64,000 nucleotides of DNA, from the NCBI GenBank assembly GCA_038087875.1, contig CM075987.1, forward strand, positions 24,554,001-24,618,000, read 5' to 3'. Below are positions 10,614 through 22,947 of this stretch, in pieces (position 1 is the first letter of the stretch; every line of letters starts with the position of its first letter). A program made the translations under genes and the position numbers. The notes beneath the pieces were generated by a model. It made no database searches and was not told the DNA's origin. It saw nothing but the letters and a program-made list of their open reading frames with translations. The stretch comes from Malacoraja senta (lineage: Eukaryota).

Positions 10614-10948
10614 GTTTAGTTTGGTTTGCTTTGGTTGAGTTGTGTTCAGAGATACAGTGTGGAAACAGGCCCTTCAGCCCACTGAGTCCGCGCCGACCAA
10701 CGATCACTCGCACACTAGTTCTATGTTAGACTAGTTTCGCTTCTTACGCACTGGGGGAAATTTACAGAAGCCAATTAACCTACAAACCTGCACGTCGCTG
10801 AATCGTGGGAAGAAACTGGAGCAGCAGGAGAACACCCACAGGGAGAACGTACAAACTCCGTACAAATAAGCACTTATAGTCAGGATCGAACCCAGGTCTT
10901 TGGCGCTGAAAGGCAGCAACTCCACCGATGCGCCACTGTGCCGCCCTG
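10614..10948 (-). mobile_element. V-SINE
   Basis: Reverse-complement head, V-domain and tail. Confidence 0.85.
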
Positions 10949-11054
10949 CGCTGGTAAGGATGGATAGTGGAAAGGCAGGAGTGGGGGAAATCTCCCGCCA
11001 TTATTGAGACAAAAACATGTTTTGGAAACTGCTGCAACATTTATGCCAATCTTT

Positions 11055-11676
11055 TCAATAAAAACACTGATGCAATCATAAAGAAAGCACATCAGCGCCT
11101 CTACTTCCTGAGAAGATTACGGAGAGTCGGTATGTCAAGGAGGACTCTCTCTAACTTCTACAGGTGCACAGTAGAGAGCATGCTGACCGGTTGCATCGTG
11201 GCTTGGTTCGGCAACCTGAGCGTCCAGGAGCGGAAAAGGCTGCAAAAAGGTTGGAAACACTGCCCAGTCCATCATCGGCTCTGACCTCCCTACCATCGAG
11301 GGGATCTATCGCAGTCACTGCCTCAAAAAGGCTGCCAGCATCATCAAGGACCCACACCATCCTGGCCACACATTCATCTCTCCGCTGCCATCAGGTAGAA
11401 GGTACAGGAACCTAAAATCTGCAACATCCAGGTTCAGGAATAGCTACTTCCCCACAGCCATCAGACTATTAAACACAACTTCAAACAAACTCTGAACTAT
11501 AACAGCCTATTGCACTTTATCTGTTTATTTATGTGTGTATATATATATTCTCTGGTATATGGTCACACTGAACCGTTCTGTATTTATGCCTACAATATTC
11601 TGTTGTGCTGCAGCAAGCAAGAATTTCATTGTCCTATCTGGGACACATGACAATAAATTCTCTTGACTTGACTTGA
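11055..11676 (+). mobile_element. Rex1/Babar LINE 3' fragment
   Basis: KKAHQRLYFLRRLRR...VESMLTGCIVAWFG, frameshifted; (CTTGA)n tail. Confidence 0.85.
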
Positions 11677-12073
11677 AAATTACTGAGGCTCCTGGATATT
11701 CTGGCCATTTATTTCCTGTATCAATATCATTTATATTTTTTACTCACTCACCCTAGTTTTGGGTAATCTGTAAGTGTATTCGATTCAGTTATTTACACAG
11801 ATCTTCAATCTATGCCGACAGGTTAACGATTCTTTATGGCCAACTTAAGACTCTAACAGACAAGATGGCACCTGAATTGTGTACTGAGTCAGTGTGGTCT
11901 ACTATCTTACACTCTGGTACTTAGCATGATTGTGCCTAAAGTATAGTAGGATTATCACTGCACTATAAACCAAACGTGACAAAGTACCATTGAACCATTC
12001 ATGTCATAGAAAACACTTGCAAAGGCATATCTCTGAGAAGATATGGCATCAGAATTAATAGCCATGTGTTTAT

Positions 12074-12268
12074 GTTTAAGAAGGAACTGCAGATGCTGGA
12101 AAATTGAAGGTAGACAAAAATGCTGGAGAAACTCAGCGGGTGAGGCAGCATCTATGGAGCGAAGGAAATAGGCGACGTTTCGGTTCTCGAGACCCGAAAC
12201 GTCACCTATTTCCTTCGCTCCATAGATGATGCCTCACCCGCTGAGTTTCTCCAGCATTTTTGTCTACC
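12074..12268. mobile_element. Penelope-like fold-back insertion
   Basis: Inverted arms; 14-bp TSD AGCCA(T/C)GTGTTTAT at 12060-12073 and 12269-12282. Confidence 0.85.
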
Positions 12269-12797
12269 AGCCACGTGTTTATAATGTTACACACTTTGCG
12301 CTGGTTTTCTATATCTCCACATAGGTAAATGATCACGTTTTGAGAGCTGCTACATTTTGATCATTCCAAAACCGCACACAAGACAAGATTGAGACACAAG
12401 GAACTGCAGATGCAGGAATCTTGCATAGAACAGACTACTGGAGTAACTCAACAGGTTAGGCAGCATCTCAGGTGGACATGGAAAGGTGAAGTTTCTCCGG
12501 GATCTCCGGTTTCCACCCACGCTCCAAAGACGTACAGGTTTGTAGGCTAATTGGTTTGGTGTAATTGTAAATTATCCCTCGTGTGTGTGTGTGTGTGTGT
12601 GTAGGATAGTGTTAATGTGCGGGGATCGCTGGCCGGTGCGGACTCGGTGGGCCGAAGGGCCTGTTTCTGCGCTGTATCTCTAAAGTGAACCACAAGACAT
12701 AAATCCAATGGTCATTGTCATTGAGCTGGTGGAGCAGCAGTCTTTGTGCACCAGCTGACCAAAAGGAAACGTCGCAACTGAGGAAGTTGTATCGTAA

Positions 12798-13260
12798 AGG
12801 GCCTGTCCCACTTACGCGACCTTGGCTCTCAGATTACGCGACCTCGTGGTAGCTTGAGGCGTACGGGCACCGTATGGCCGCGCGGGGCCAGTCCCACTTA
12901 GAAGCGCAGAGTTGTGCGGGGCTGGTCCCGACATCGCGCGGGGCTCCGAAATTCTTGCAGTGACCGAAATCTTCGCGCGCCAACGGCCTGTCGGCACGCA
13001 GGCGCATTGCGGTCGTACGCGGCGTCTTGACGGCGTACGCCTAGCGCGTGGCGTTGCGTGATGACGTCACCGACCGGCGTGGCGTTGTGTGATAACGTCA
13101 CCGCCCGACGCTGTGCAACGCCAAAATCCAGTTGGCCCGCCTCCTGCCCAGCTGATTGGTAAGCATGACGTAAATGACGTAATGCGCGAACTTCGCGTGT
13201 ACTCCGCTTCCGGTTAGTCATGCCAAACGCTCGCAATCGCATGCAAGTGGGACAGGCCCT
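12798..13260. mobile_element. PIF/Harbinger-type MITE
   Basis: Perfect TIR AGGGCCTGTCCCACTT, TAA TSD both sides, CpG-rich non-coding interior, internal TIR-like copy at about 12884-12900. Confidence 0.9.
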
Positions 13261-13910
13261 TAAGATGTACAGGTTTGTAGGTTAATTGGCCAGGTATAAA
13301 TGTAAATTGTCCCCAGGATAGTATTAGAATGCGGGGATCGCTGGTCGAAGGGCCGAAGGTACCGGTTTCCGTGCTATATCTCTAAACGACAATAAACCAA
13401 ACTAAACTAAACTTCTGGAAGAATGTATTTACCATCCTAATTATCATGATTTATCTACATTGTGGCGTAGCAGTCTGCTGGCCAATTCGGAATGCTGCTT
13501 TGCTGTTTTTAATAAAAACGTTAACCAAACTCAATTAATGGCTGCGTTTCTTTTTCAAGTTCATTCAGATTGCAGCGATTTGAAAACTTAACCTCCCGTG
13601 TTCCTTGTACTGAAACCTTCGGGGCTCTTTTCATGAAAATGAACCACTCACCAAAGGGGGAGACGTTTTTTTATAGAAAACATGTGTTCTGCTCCTCTGT
13701 TCAAGCGGCGTCCCCCTGTGTCATATGTTAAGCTTTTGTAATCATGAAGTGTTTCGCGGTGACTGCAAAGCTACCTTTTGCAAACAAAAGTGGCACTGCG
13801 TGTAAATAAAAGTGACGAGCGACAATTAGAATTAGTCGCCCTCACTTCATCTGTGTGTGCACTGGATATTTAGCGACAGTGCCTGCCCAGTATTCATAAA
13901 TTAATAAATA

Positions 13911-14226
13911 GGGCGGCACGGAGGCGCAGCGGTAGAGTTGCTGCCTTACAGCGCCGGAGACCCGGGTTCGATCCCGACCACGGGTGCTTGTCTGTACGGA
14001 GTTTGTACGTTCTCCCCGTGACCTGCGTGGGTTTTCTCCGATGTCTTCGGTTTCCTCTCACACTCCAAAGACGTGCAGGTTTGCAGGTTAATTGGCTTGG
14101 TATAAATGGAAATTGTCCCTAGTGTGTGTAGGATAGTGTTACTGTGCGGGGATCGCTGGTCGGTGCGGACAGGGTGGGCTGAAGGGCCTGTTTCCGCGCT
14201 GTAACTCTCAACTTAACGAAACTAAA
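13911..14226 (+). mobile_element. V-SINE (HE1-like), complete reference copy
   Basis: Head GGGCGGCACGG...GGTTCGATCC, V-domain GGAGTTTGTACGTTCTCCCCGTG...CTCCAAAGAC, CR1-derived tail. Confidence 0.92.
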
Positions 14227-14314
14227 TCGGTAATCTGTCCGGCACTACCAAGAATAAAAGCTTCCAATTGTTTTATTACAAGTATCCTTCACCGATGATA
14301 CAGGAAACTGGCCA

Positions 14315-14487
14315 TTGTTAGGCTGTGGGCTAGGTGAAAACGAGTTACAGACAATGAGAATCAACAAGACATATTTGAGCCTAGTACAATGAATTGTACA
14401 CTTTTTGGGAGGAAGAGAGAGGGGATGCCAGGGTTACTTGAAGTTAGAGGAATTAATATTCATACCGCTGGGTTGTAAGCTGCACAA
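14315..14487 (-). mobile_element. Penelope-like element fragment: ORF C-terminus and start of 3' UTR
   Basis: 14434-14487 minus strand translates LCSLQPSGMNINSSNFK*, resembling the end of the PLE GIY-YIG domain (L..LQP.G.N..F). Confidence 0.7.
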
Positions 14488-15410
14488 GTCCCTGTCCATA
14501 TAATCACCTCTCAACAAAACACAATGACTAGTGACCTAGTTTAAGAAAGAAAACAAGTCAAATGATTTGCTTGTGGATTTAGTATGAGTGATATTACTCA
14601 GCTGGTCGCAATAATCGTGCAACGTTAAATGTAACAGAGCTTTTTGACTTGAATACTCGGGCAAAGATTTGTGTATGAAAATGTCATGGTGTAAATGCAT
14701 AGGGATAAATCTTGTAACTAAAGCTCCATACGTTTCATGAATTTATGACTTCTAAAAGCAGCTGGTGTGATGCTTTAATGAATAAAGGCATCACAGTATG
14801 CTTGTTGTGGACAGGCCTGGATAGAGTGGATGCAGAGAGGATGTTTCCACTAAAGGGAGAGTCTAGGACCAGAGGCCATAGCCTCAGAATTAAAGGACAT
14901 TCCTCAGGAAGAAGATGAGGGATAGACTTGATGGGCCGAATGACCTAATTCTGCTCCCTATCACCTATGACCTTATGACCTTAAAACCTATTTCTTTGTC
15001 CAACTCTTTGCCTATTTTCCCGAACATAGCCTTCTGTGGCTTGGCGTCAAGTGAAGTGACTTTGAACATTTTTTTTTAACGTGTCAAAGGCATAATAAAT
15101 GTGGAAGTGTGTGTTTATGTTATTCCTGTATTTAGCAAAATGCTCGCAAAGATAGCGCCAGAGCGTGGCGACTCTTTGCGTGCTGGTCCCAGAAGAGAAT
15201 CTGTTATCATCCATTACAATCGCTCCACTCTTTTACATCTGTGAATCAAGAATAGCACTTCCTACACTAACTGGGTTCTCTTTAATCTCCTCTCCTTCAT
15301 CCTGTATCTGTACACTGTGGGCAGCTTGGTGGTAATCGTGATAGTCGATTCTTTGACTGGACAGCACGCCAACGTCAGCTCTTCTCTGTACCTTAGTGCG
15401 CCTAATGTCC

Positions 15411-16148
15411 GTCTGCAGTTGTACAGGGCCCTAGTGAGACCACACCTGGAGTATTGTGTGCAGTTTTGGTCCCCTAATTTGAGGAAGGACATTCTTGCTA
15501 TTGAGGGAGTGCAGCGTAGGTTTACAAGGTTAATTCCCGGGAAGGCGGGACTGTCATATGCTGAGAGAATGGAGCAGCTGGGCTTGTACACTCTGTGGAG
15601 TTTAGAAGGATGAGAGGGCATCTCATTGAAACATATAAGATTGTTAAGGACTTGGACACACTAGAGGCAGGAAACATGTTCCCGATGTTGGGGGAGTCCA
15701 GAACCAGGGGCCACAGTTTAAGAATAAGGAGTAAGCCATTTAGAACGGAGACGAGGAAACACGTTTTCGCACAGAGAGTGGTGAGTCTGTGGCATTCTTT
15801 GCCTCAGAGGGCGGTGGAGGCAGGTTCTCTGGATGCTTTCAAGAGAGAGCTAGATAGGGCTCTTAAAAATAACGGAGTCAGGGGATATGGGGACAAGGCA
15901 GGAACGGGGTACTGATTGGGGATGATCAGCCATGATCACATTGAATGGCGGTGCTGGCTCGAAGGGCCAAATGGCCTACTCCTGCACCTATTGTCTATTG
16001 TCCAATGTTAAGTACGGGTGTTAGGGGGTTATGGGGAGAAGGCAGGAGAATGGGGTTAGGAGGGAGAGATAGATCAGCCATGATTGAATGGCGGAGTGGA
16101 CTGGATGGGCCGAATGGCCTAAGTCCGCTCCTATCACTTATGACCTTA
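15411..16148 (+). mobile_element. CR1 LINE 3' fragment plus a second CR1 tail
   Basis: LQLYRALVRPHLEYCVQFWSP...RTRGHSLRI...GYGDKAGTGY*; tails (CTATTGT)n and (CTTATGA)n. Confidence 0.9.
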
Positions 16149-16469
16149 TAATAAACTAAACTAAACTAAGCTAAATTTGTAATAGAAAATCATGTGAATG
16201 AACAAAGGTCCACGCTGGTGAGAAGATGTGGTGGCGTGGCGCGACAACATGGATGCAGTTTTATTGCTGGCCCATCTTCCTCTGTGACCCACCTCTCCAT
16301 GTTCTCGCTGTCATCCTTACATGTCATATCACCCTGACCCCAAACCAAACTCACAGCCCAAGGCTGAATTTCATTAAAATGAAAGTTAATGAAAGAAAGT
16401 GCGCTTTAGTGCATTTAGTAATTAGAAGGGAACAGGAATTGAAAGTTGCGTATTTAGTTTAGGTTACAG

Positions 16470-17135
16470 ATCGTTTAGAGATACAGCGCGTAAACAGGCC
16501 CCTCCGGCCCGCCAAGTCCACGCCGACCAGCGATCCCGGCACATTAACACTATCCTACACACACTCGGGACAATTTACAATTTTACCAAAGCCAATTAAC
16601 CCTACAAACCTGGACGTCTTTGGAGTGTGGGAGGGAATTGGAGCACCCGGAGAAAACCCACTCAGGTCACAAGGAGAACGTACAAACTCCGTACAGACAG
16701 TACCCGTAGTCAGATTCAAATCCGGGTCTCTGGCGTTGTCAGGCAGCAACTCTCCCTCTGAACCACTGTGCTGCCCATTACACGTGTATGCATTTGTATT
16801 ATATTTTTAATAAATGGCTTATCAGAATTGGGCAGCAGAATGGTGCAGCTGGTAAAGCTGCTGCTGTACAGTGCCAGAGACGCAAGTTGAATCCTACCTT
16901 TGAGTGCTTTCTATGTGGAGTTTGCACGTTCTCCCTGTGACCGCATGGGTTTCCTCCGGGTGATCCGGTTTCCTCCCTCAACCCAAAGACCTGCAGGTTT
17001 CGAGGTTAATTGGCCCTCTGTAAATTGCTTCTACTGTTGAGAGGAATCTGAGACAACATCGTACAGTGTGAGTGGTTGGTGTGGACTTGGTGGGCCGAAG
17101 GGCCTGTTTCCACACTGCATCTCTAAACTAAACTA
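16470..17135. mobile_element. Two V-SINEs head-to-head (about 16470-16776 minus, 16830-17135 plus)
   Basis: Heads, V-domains and tails visible in opposite orientations. Confidence 0.8.
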
Positions 17136-17591
17136 ACAATTAGAGTAGTTAAACTTCAGTAAAATTGTAAATTGTCCCTAGTAGGTGTAGGATAGTGTTA
17201 GTGTGCGGGGATCGGTGGTCGGCCCGGACTCGGTGGGCCGAAAGGCCTGTTTCTGTGCTGTATCTCTAAAGCCTAATTGATTATACCAGCTCAATATGAA
17301 AACAAGACATAAATATCAGTGTTTTGTGGGTTTTAATAGAAATAACATCTGGAAAACCAGCTCGTCTGGCACTATCTAAAGTCACAAGGGTGCCAGATTA
17401 TCAGTTTTACTCTATCTTGCAAACTTAAACTGATTATTATCAGAAGCTGTACAAGCAATTCCACTGGATTGATTCCCGAATTGAAGTGAGAAAAAAATTC
17501 AGTAGATCGGGCTTGTACGTTCTGGAGTTGGAAGAATAAGAAGCAATCTTATTTAAGCATGTCAGATTCGAATGGTGTTTGGCAGGATAGA

Positions 17592-17895
17592 TGTTTAGTT
17601 TAGAGAGGCAGCTTGGGAACAAGCCCTTCGGCCCACCGAGGCCACTCCGACCATTCATCACCCATACTCGGATCAATTATCCAACTTTCCCATCCTGCAC
17701 ATTGCCGGCAATTTACACAAGCCAATCAACCTACAAACCTGCACGTCTTTGGAATGTGGGAGGAAACTGGAGCACCCGGAGAAAACCCACGTGGTCACAG
17801 GAGGAACGTACAAACCCCGCGCAGACAGCGCCCGTAGTCAGGATCAAACCCGGCTCTCTGGCGCTGTGAGTCAGCAACTCTACCGCAGCGCCACC
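17592..17895 (-). mobile_element. V-SINE
   Basis: Reverse-complement head GGTGGCGCTGCGGTAGAG, V-domain, tail. Confidence 0.85.
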
Positions 17896-17898
17896 CAA

Positions 17899-17997
17899 GT
17901 CTATGGCACCCAGTAGTCTCCCATCCAAGTACTAACCAGGCCTGAGCCTCCTTAGCTTTTCAACGGCAGACGTTTTCAGGCTAGCATGGCCGTAGTC
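17899..17997 (-). pseudogene. 5S rRNA-derived pseudogene
   Basis: Minus strand GACTACGGCCATGCTAGCCTGAAAACG...AAGCTAAG...GGCCTGGTTAGTACTTGGATGGGAGAC...GGGTGCCATAGAC matches the vertebrate 5S 5' end, box A, IE/box C and 3' end; 99 nt instead of about 120 (internal deletions). Confidence 0.88.
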
Positions 17998-18540
17998 GTG
18001 AGGAATTTAGCCGGGTGGGGTAATCTGTAACTGAGAGCGAAAGATAAGAGCTGCCGAACATGTATAGAAGGGTCTGTTTCCGTGCTGTATCTCTAAACTA
18101 AACGAAACTAAGCTAATTGCATTTTAGGCATTGGACTGAATGACTTCATGTTAAGCTTGGATGCACTGGCACTTCAGCCAGAAGACCGCAGAAGATATTG
18201 TCTTTTCAATTTCAGCTTCTCCTGTGCTCTGTCTGAAGGCGATGTCTCATGCTGGGAAAATTAATCTGGATGCTCATCTATCTCCAGCGTTTTACCCTTG
18301 TAACCATTCTTCATCAGTCAGTCTAGACAGTTTGTTAGCAGTCGAAGATGTTGCAGATAAATCTGTTTGTGTCCTCAAATGACATTCACACCTGCACACA
18401 TTCGAGCAACTGCAGAGAAAGATCTTTGGCAGGTTTGCCCTTCACTTTGTCCAAGGTTAGAGAGTCCAGCGGTAACATTCAGTGCTGGTTGATGTAAGCT
18501 AATTCAACACAGATCGGGGGTTGAATGTGGAATTTACCCA

Positions 18541-19043
18541 GTTCATAAGTGATAGGAGCAGAGTTAGGCCATTTGGCCCATCAAATTTACTCCCCCATTC
18601 AATCATGGCTGATCTATCTCTCCCTCCTTACCCCATTCTCCTGCCTTCTCCCCATAACCCCTGACGCCCGTACTAATCAAGAATCTATCTACCTCTGCCT
18701 TAAAAATATCCTCCACACCCTTCTGCGCCAATAAATTCCACAGATTCACCACCCTCTGACTACTAAAGAAATTCCTCCTCATCTCCTTCCTAAAGGAACA
18801 CCCTTTAATTCTATGACCCCTAGTCCCGGACTCCCCCACTAGTGGACACATTCTCTCTAAGCCTCTCAGTATGTTTCAGAAGTCCCCCCTCATTGTTCTA
18901 AACTCCAGCGAGGACAGGCCCAGTGCCGTCAAAAGCTCATCATATGTTAACCCACTCATTCCTGGGATCATTCTTGTAAACCTCCTCTGGACCCTCTCCA
19001 GGGCCAGCAGGTCCTTCCTCAGATATGGTGCCCACAATTGCTC
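18541..19043 (-). mobile_element. CR1 LINE 3' fragment (degenerate)
   Basis: CEQLWAPYLRKDLLALERVQRRFTRMIPG...; QRVVNLWN...; 3' UTR. Confidence 0.85.
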
Positions 19044-19097
19044 ACAATTGTTAAGGAGCACCTTTAAAAAAGAGTAAGAGATGGCATAGTAGATAGA

Positions 19098-19389
19098 ATT
19101 AGTTTTGAGATACAGCGTGGAAACAGGCCCTTCGGCCCACCGAGTCCATGCTAGCCAGCAATCACCCATAAACTAGTTCAATCCTACGTACTAGGGACGA
19201 TTTAGAGAGGGCCAATTAACCTAAAAGCCTGCATGTCTCTGTAGTGTGGGAGGAAACTGGGGCACCCGGAGGAAACCCACATGGTCGAAGGGAGAACGTG
19301 CAAACTCCGTACAGACAGCGGCCACAGTCAGGATCGAACCCGGGTCTCTGGCGCTGTGTGGCAGCAACTCTACCGCTGCGCTACCGTGC
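19098..19389 (-). mobile_element. V-SINE
   Basis: Reverse-complement head, V-domain and tail. Confidence 0.85.
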
Positions 19390-19608
19390 GGTGGTGAGGA
19401 GAAGAATATTAGTAACAGAATTGCAGATACCAAGACCTCAACAGCTCAAGGCATAACCATAAGTGATGGAGTACCATTACTCAGAGAGTGAGGATGCTGG
19501 GCTGAATTGTTAAGAGTCTTGAGATAGCAAAGCCATTGATCAGCAGTTGCTGAAACGACTAGAGCAGTGTGGACGGCACGTTGGCGCAGCGGTAGAGTTG
19601 CTGCCTTA

Positions 19609-20193
19609 AAGCTCTGTCTTACCTGTTTGCGGTCATCGGCGGTGAAGCGCGGCGTCGCCGGTAGCGGGGACCCCGCGGCAACGGCGAGAGCGCCGAGCCT
19701 ATCCACTGGAGCGCCGCACGGATGCTGCGCGGGGGCCGAGTAATTCAAGCACGGCGGGTCCCACGTGCTTGCGGTAAGTAAAAAAAAGGGCGGGCCGACT
19801 GCGATGACGTTGGCCCGCTGCACGTGACTCACGAGCGCCGGCTGTGGCGGCGGCCGTCCTGATCGCGGCGCTGTAGTGGTGGCTGTGCCTGAGGCCGTGC
19901 CGCACACGTGCCTCACTGGCGGAGGCACATGCCTCACTGGCGGAGGCTGTGGCAGTGGAGGTTAGACGCACGGCGCTCGAGCCACACTGGCGGCGGCCCG
20001 TGCGGGCGGCCGTGCCGCACTCGTGCATCACTGGTGGAGGTTGAGCGGTGAGTATATAGTTTTCAACATTGTCGGTTTTATTTTAGCACCGCCGCACGGC
20101 CCCGGAATTGTACGTTCTCACGAGTGCGCGGTCTGTGGCGGCAGATTCTTCCCATTTCGCCGCCAATGACCGCAGACTCGTGAGACAGGCCTT
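19609..20193. mobile_element. PIF/Harbinger-type MITE inserted in the head of a V-SINE (19571-20385, +)
   Basis: TTA TSD (19606-19608, 20194-20196) splits CTGCC-TTA-CAGC; about 38-bp imperfect TIR AAGCTCTGTCTTAC... / ...GTGAGACAGGCCTT; very GC/CpG-rich interior. Confidence 0.88.
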
Positions 20194-21139
20194 TTACAGC
20201 GCTTGCAGCACCGGAGACTTGGGTTTGATCCCGACTACGGGTGCTGTCTGTACGGAGTTTGTACCTTCTCCCCGTGACCCGTGCGGGGTTTCGTCCGAGA
20301 TCTTCGGTTTCCTCCCACACTCGTTAGCTGGCGCGGACCCGGTGAGCGGAAGGGCCTGTTCCCGCGCTGTATCTCTAAACTAAACTAGACGAGTCTAAAA
20401 TCCCGACAGCGTTGAAATTTGTTGTAAATGGTGTGAGTTTCATTCACAAATCATCTCCTAAACGCGGATTCTCCTAAATGTCACATTCCTCGTCTTTCAG
20501 ATTAGCTGATTGATTGGATTGTAATTGCTCTTGAAATTAACCGAAAGATGATTTTGTACATGATGTAATAGATCAAAATGACCTATATTAAATAAAATCA
20601 AGATTTAAAAAATGTTTTGTATAAATGTCTACCATGTTCTTTGCAAGTTCTAATATGTTATAATACTTACTTAATGCAGATAATCTACACTGAATTAGTT
20701 CTGTTCCAAGTGGGACAAAGTAACCGTACCCTGTTTTCATTGGGAGCAGTGTTCAATGATATGTTTTTGCTTTTCATTTTTTTTTTTTTTTTTTTCTTTT
20801 TGTGTTATCTTTCAATCCGAATTCCCCCAAGTTTGTGACACGTGCAGTGCTGTAATCCTAAGAGTACATCTAGAACACCATGTGCTTGCCCCTGGGCTGT
20901 CTCGCAAAAGATGAATGAATTCGTGAAACTCATTCAGGGTGAAAGTACTTTATTTCGTCCAAGTCTTCAATACCTGGTCACGCAGTGGACACATACCAGG
21001 TCAAAGGATTGTTTCTCATTGTGTTCTTGGCCACGGTTAGCAACTGGTAATAAATGCCATTAGATTAACTATCTTTTACCAAGCATTGCTGAAACATTGT
21101 AAAACAAAGGCCTATCAAGTCTTCAATTACATCTTTCTT

Positions 21140-21822
21140 AGTGGAAGAAAGAACTGCAGATGCTGGAAAAATCGAAGGGAGACAAAAAATGCTGGAGAAA
21201 CCCAGCGGGTGGGGCAGCATCGATGGAGAGAAGGAATAGGCGACGTTTCGGTTCGAGACCCTTGCAGGGTCCACTGAGTCCAGCGATCACCCGTACACTA
21301 GCATTGTCCTACACACTAGGGACTATTTACAATTTATAGAAGCTAATTAACCTGCAAACCTAGAACATGTTTTACATGTGGGAGGAAACTGGCGTTCCTG
21401 TAGAAAGCCCACATGGGCCCTTGAAGGGTCTCGACCCGAAACGTCGCCTATTTCCTTCTCTTCATAGATGCTGCCTCACCCGCTGAGTTTCTCCAGCATT
21501 TTTTGTCTACCTTCGATTTTAGTTAAGTTTAGTTTCGTTTAGAGATACAACGAGGAAACAGGCCCTTCGGCCCACCGAGTCCGTGCTGCCCAGCGATCCC
21601 CGCACACTGACACTACCCTACAAATAGGGACGATTTACAATTATACCAAGCCAGTTAACCTACAAACCTGCACATTGTTGGAGTGTGGAAGGAAACCAGA
21701 GCTCCCGGGGAAACCCCACGAAAGTCACGGGGAGAACGTACAAACTCCGTACGGACAGCACCCATGGTCAGGATGGAACCCGGGTCTCTGGCGCTGGAAG
21801 GCAGCAACTCTACCGCTGCGCC
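21140..21822. mobile_element. Cluster of PLE termini (about 21140-21262 minus, 21421-21520 plus) and V-SINE pieces (about 21268-21415 and 21521-21822, minus)
   Basis: Same motifs as the other copies. Confidence 0.75.
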
Positions 21823-22141
21823 TCTTTTGAGCCGGGACCCTTCCTCAGACTGACAGTACTTGTGGGGGGGAAAGTTGGAAAAGAGAGGTGGGGGTGAGAC
21901 AAAACCTTGTCAGTGTACGTGGATGCAGGCGAGGAGGGCGTGACTGTTGGACGGTGTGGTGAGTTGGATTGAATGGATTGTATGGATGACTTTACCTACC
22001 CTGGTGAACCAGCCAGATAAAGTCACAATGGTTATAAAACATACTCACAGATCATCATTGAAATACTTTATACCAAGTTAATTGGCTAGGTTTAATTGTA
22101 AATTGTCCCTACTGTGTGTGTAGAATGGTGTTAGCGTACAG

Positions 22142-22351
22142 CAAGGGTTCCCAACCTGGGGTAAATTCCACCTACCCAGGGGGTACATTTGTTGATTCTG
22201 GATTTGTATACATTTTATCTCATTGACTGTGACTGTGTTTGGTTCCGGTATCTGTTCATCATTAGTTGTTCATAAGTAAGTGAAATAACATTGTTATGTG
22301 CTATTAAAGTTGCCTGGGGTAAACGGGACGAAAAAAGGTTGGGAACCCCTG
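22142..22351. mobile_element. hAT (Charlie-like) MITE inside a V-SINE 3' part
   Basis: TIR CA(A/G)GGGTTCCCAACCT; degenerate 8-bp TSD GCGTACAG/GTGAACGG (5/8 match). Confidence 0.75.
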
Positions 22352-22671
22352 GTGAACGGGGATCGCTGGTCGGCGCGGCGCGGACCCGGTGGGCCGAAGG
22401 GCCTGTTTCCGCGCTATATCTCCAAACTAAACTGAACGAAACTAAATCTGTCTATTCCCTCCACAGATGCTGCTTGACCTGCTCAGCACTTTGTGTTTCG
22501 ATCCTGTAAAATGGTTTGCCCTGCAGTTCGCACACTTCTGTGCATAGCCTCAGAAGAGTGTCTGAATATTTACCTGTAAAAAGCCACTGCAAAAGTTGAC
22601 AGCACCCAGTCAAATTGCTGGAGGGAATGGGGGGAGGTGGAGGGAAAGAATTCTATTTAATTTGCTGTCAC

Positions 22672-22947
22672 GTTTGTAAGTGATAGTAGCAGAATTAGGC
22701 CATTCGGCCCATCAATAGACAATAGACAGTAGGTGCAGGAGTCCCTTCGAGCCAGCACCGCCATTCAATGTGATCATGGCTGATCATCCCCAAGTCTACT
22801 CCACCGTTCAATCATGGCTGATCTATCTTTCCTCCTCAACCTCATTCTCCAGCCTTCGCCCCATAACCCCTGACACCCGGTCTAATCAAAAATCTATCTA
22901 TCTCTGCCTTAAAAATATCCATTGACTTGGATTCCACAACCTTCTGT
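22672..22947 (-). mobile_element. CR1 3' end with a second CR1 tail nested in it
   Basis: Reverse-complement CR1 UTR motifs; ATAGACAATAGAC tail inserted at about 22714-22792. Confidence 0.75.

Noticed and set aside
13911..13985. tRNA genes at SINE heads
   Set aside because: A/B boxes are present but run straight into the V-domain and LINE tail; these are SINE heads, not tRNAs.
17899..17997. Functional 5S rRNA gene
   Set aside because: About 20 nt deleted, no T-run terminator, not in a tandem array; reported as a pseudogene.
19446..20193. CpG-island promoter or 163-aa gene
   Set aside because: The GC-rich part is bounded by TIRs and a TTA TSD inside a SINE, so it is a MITE.
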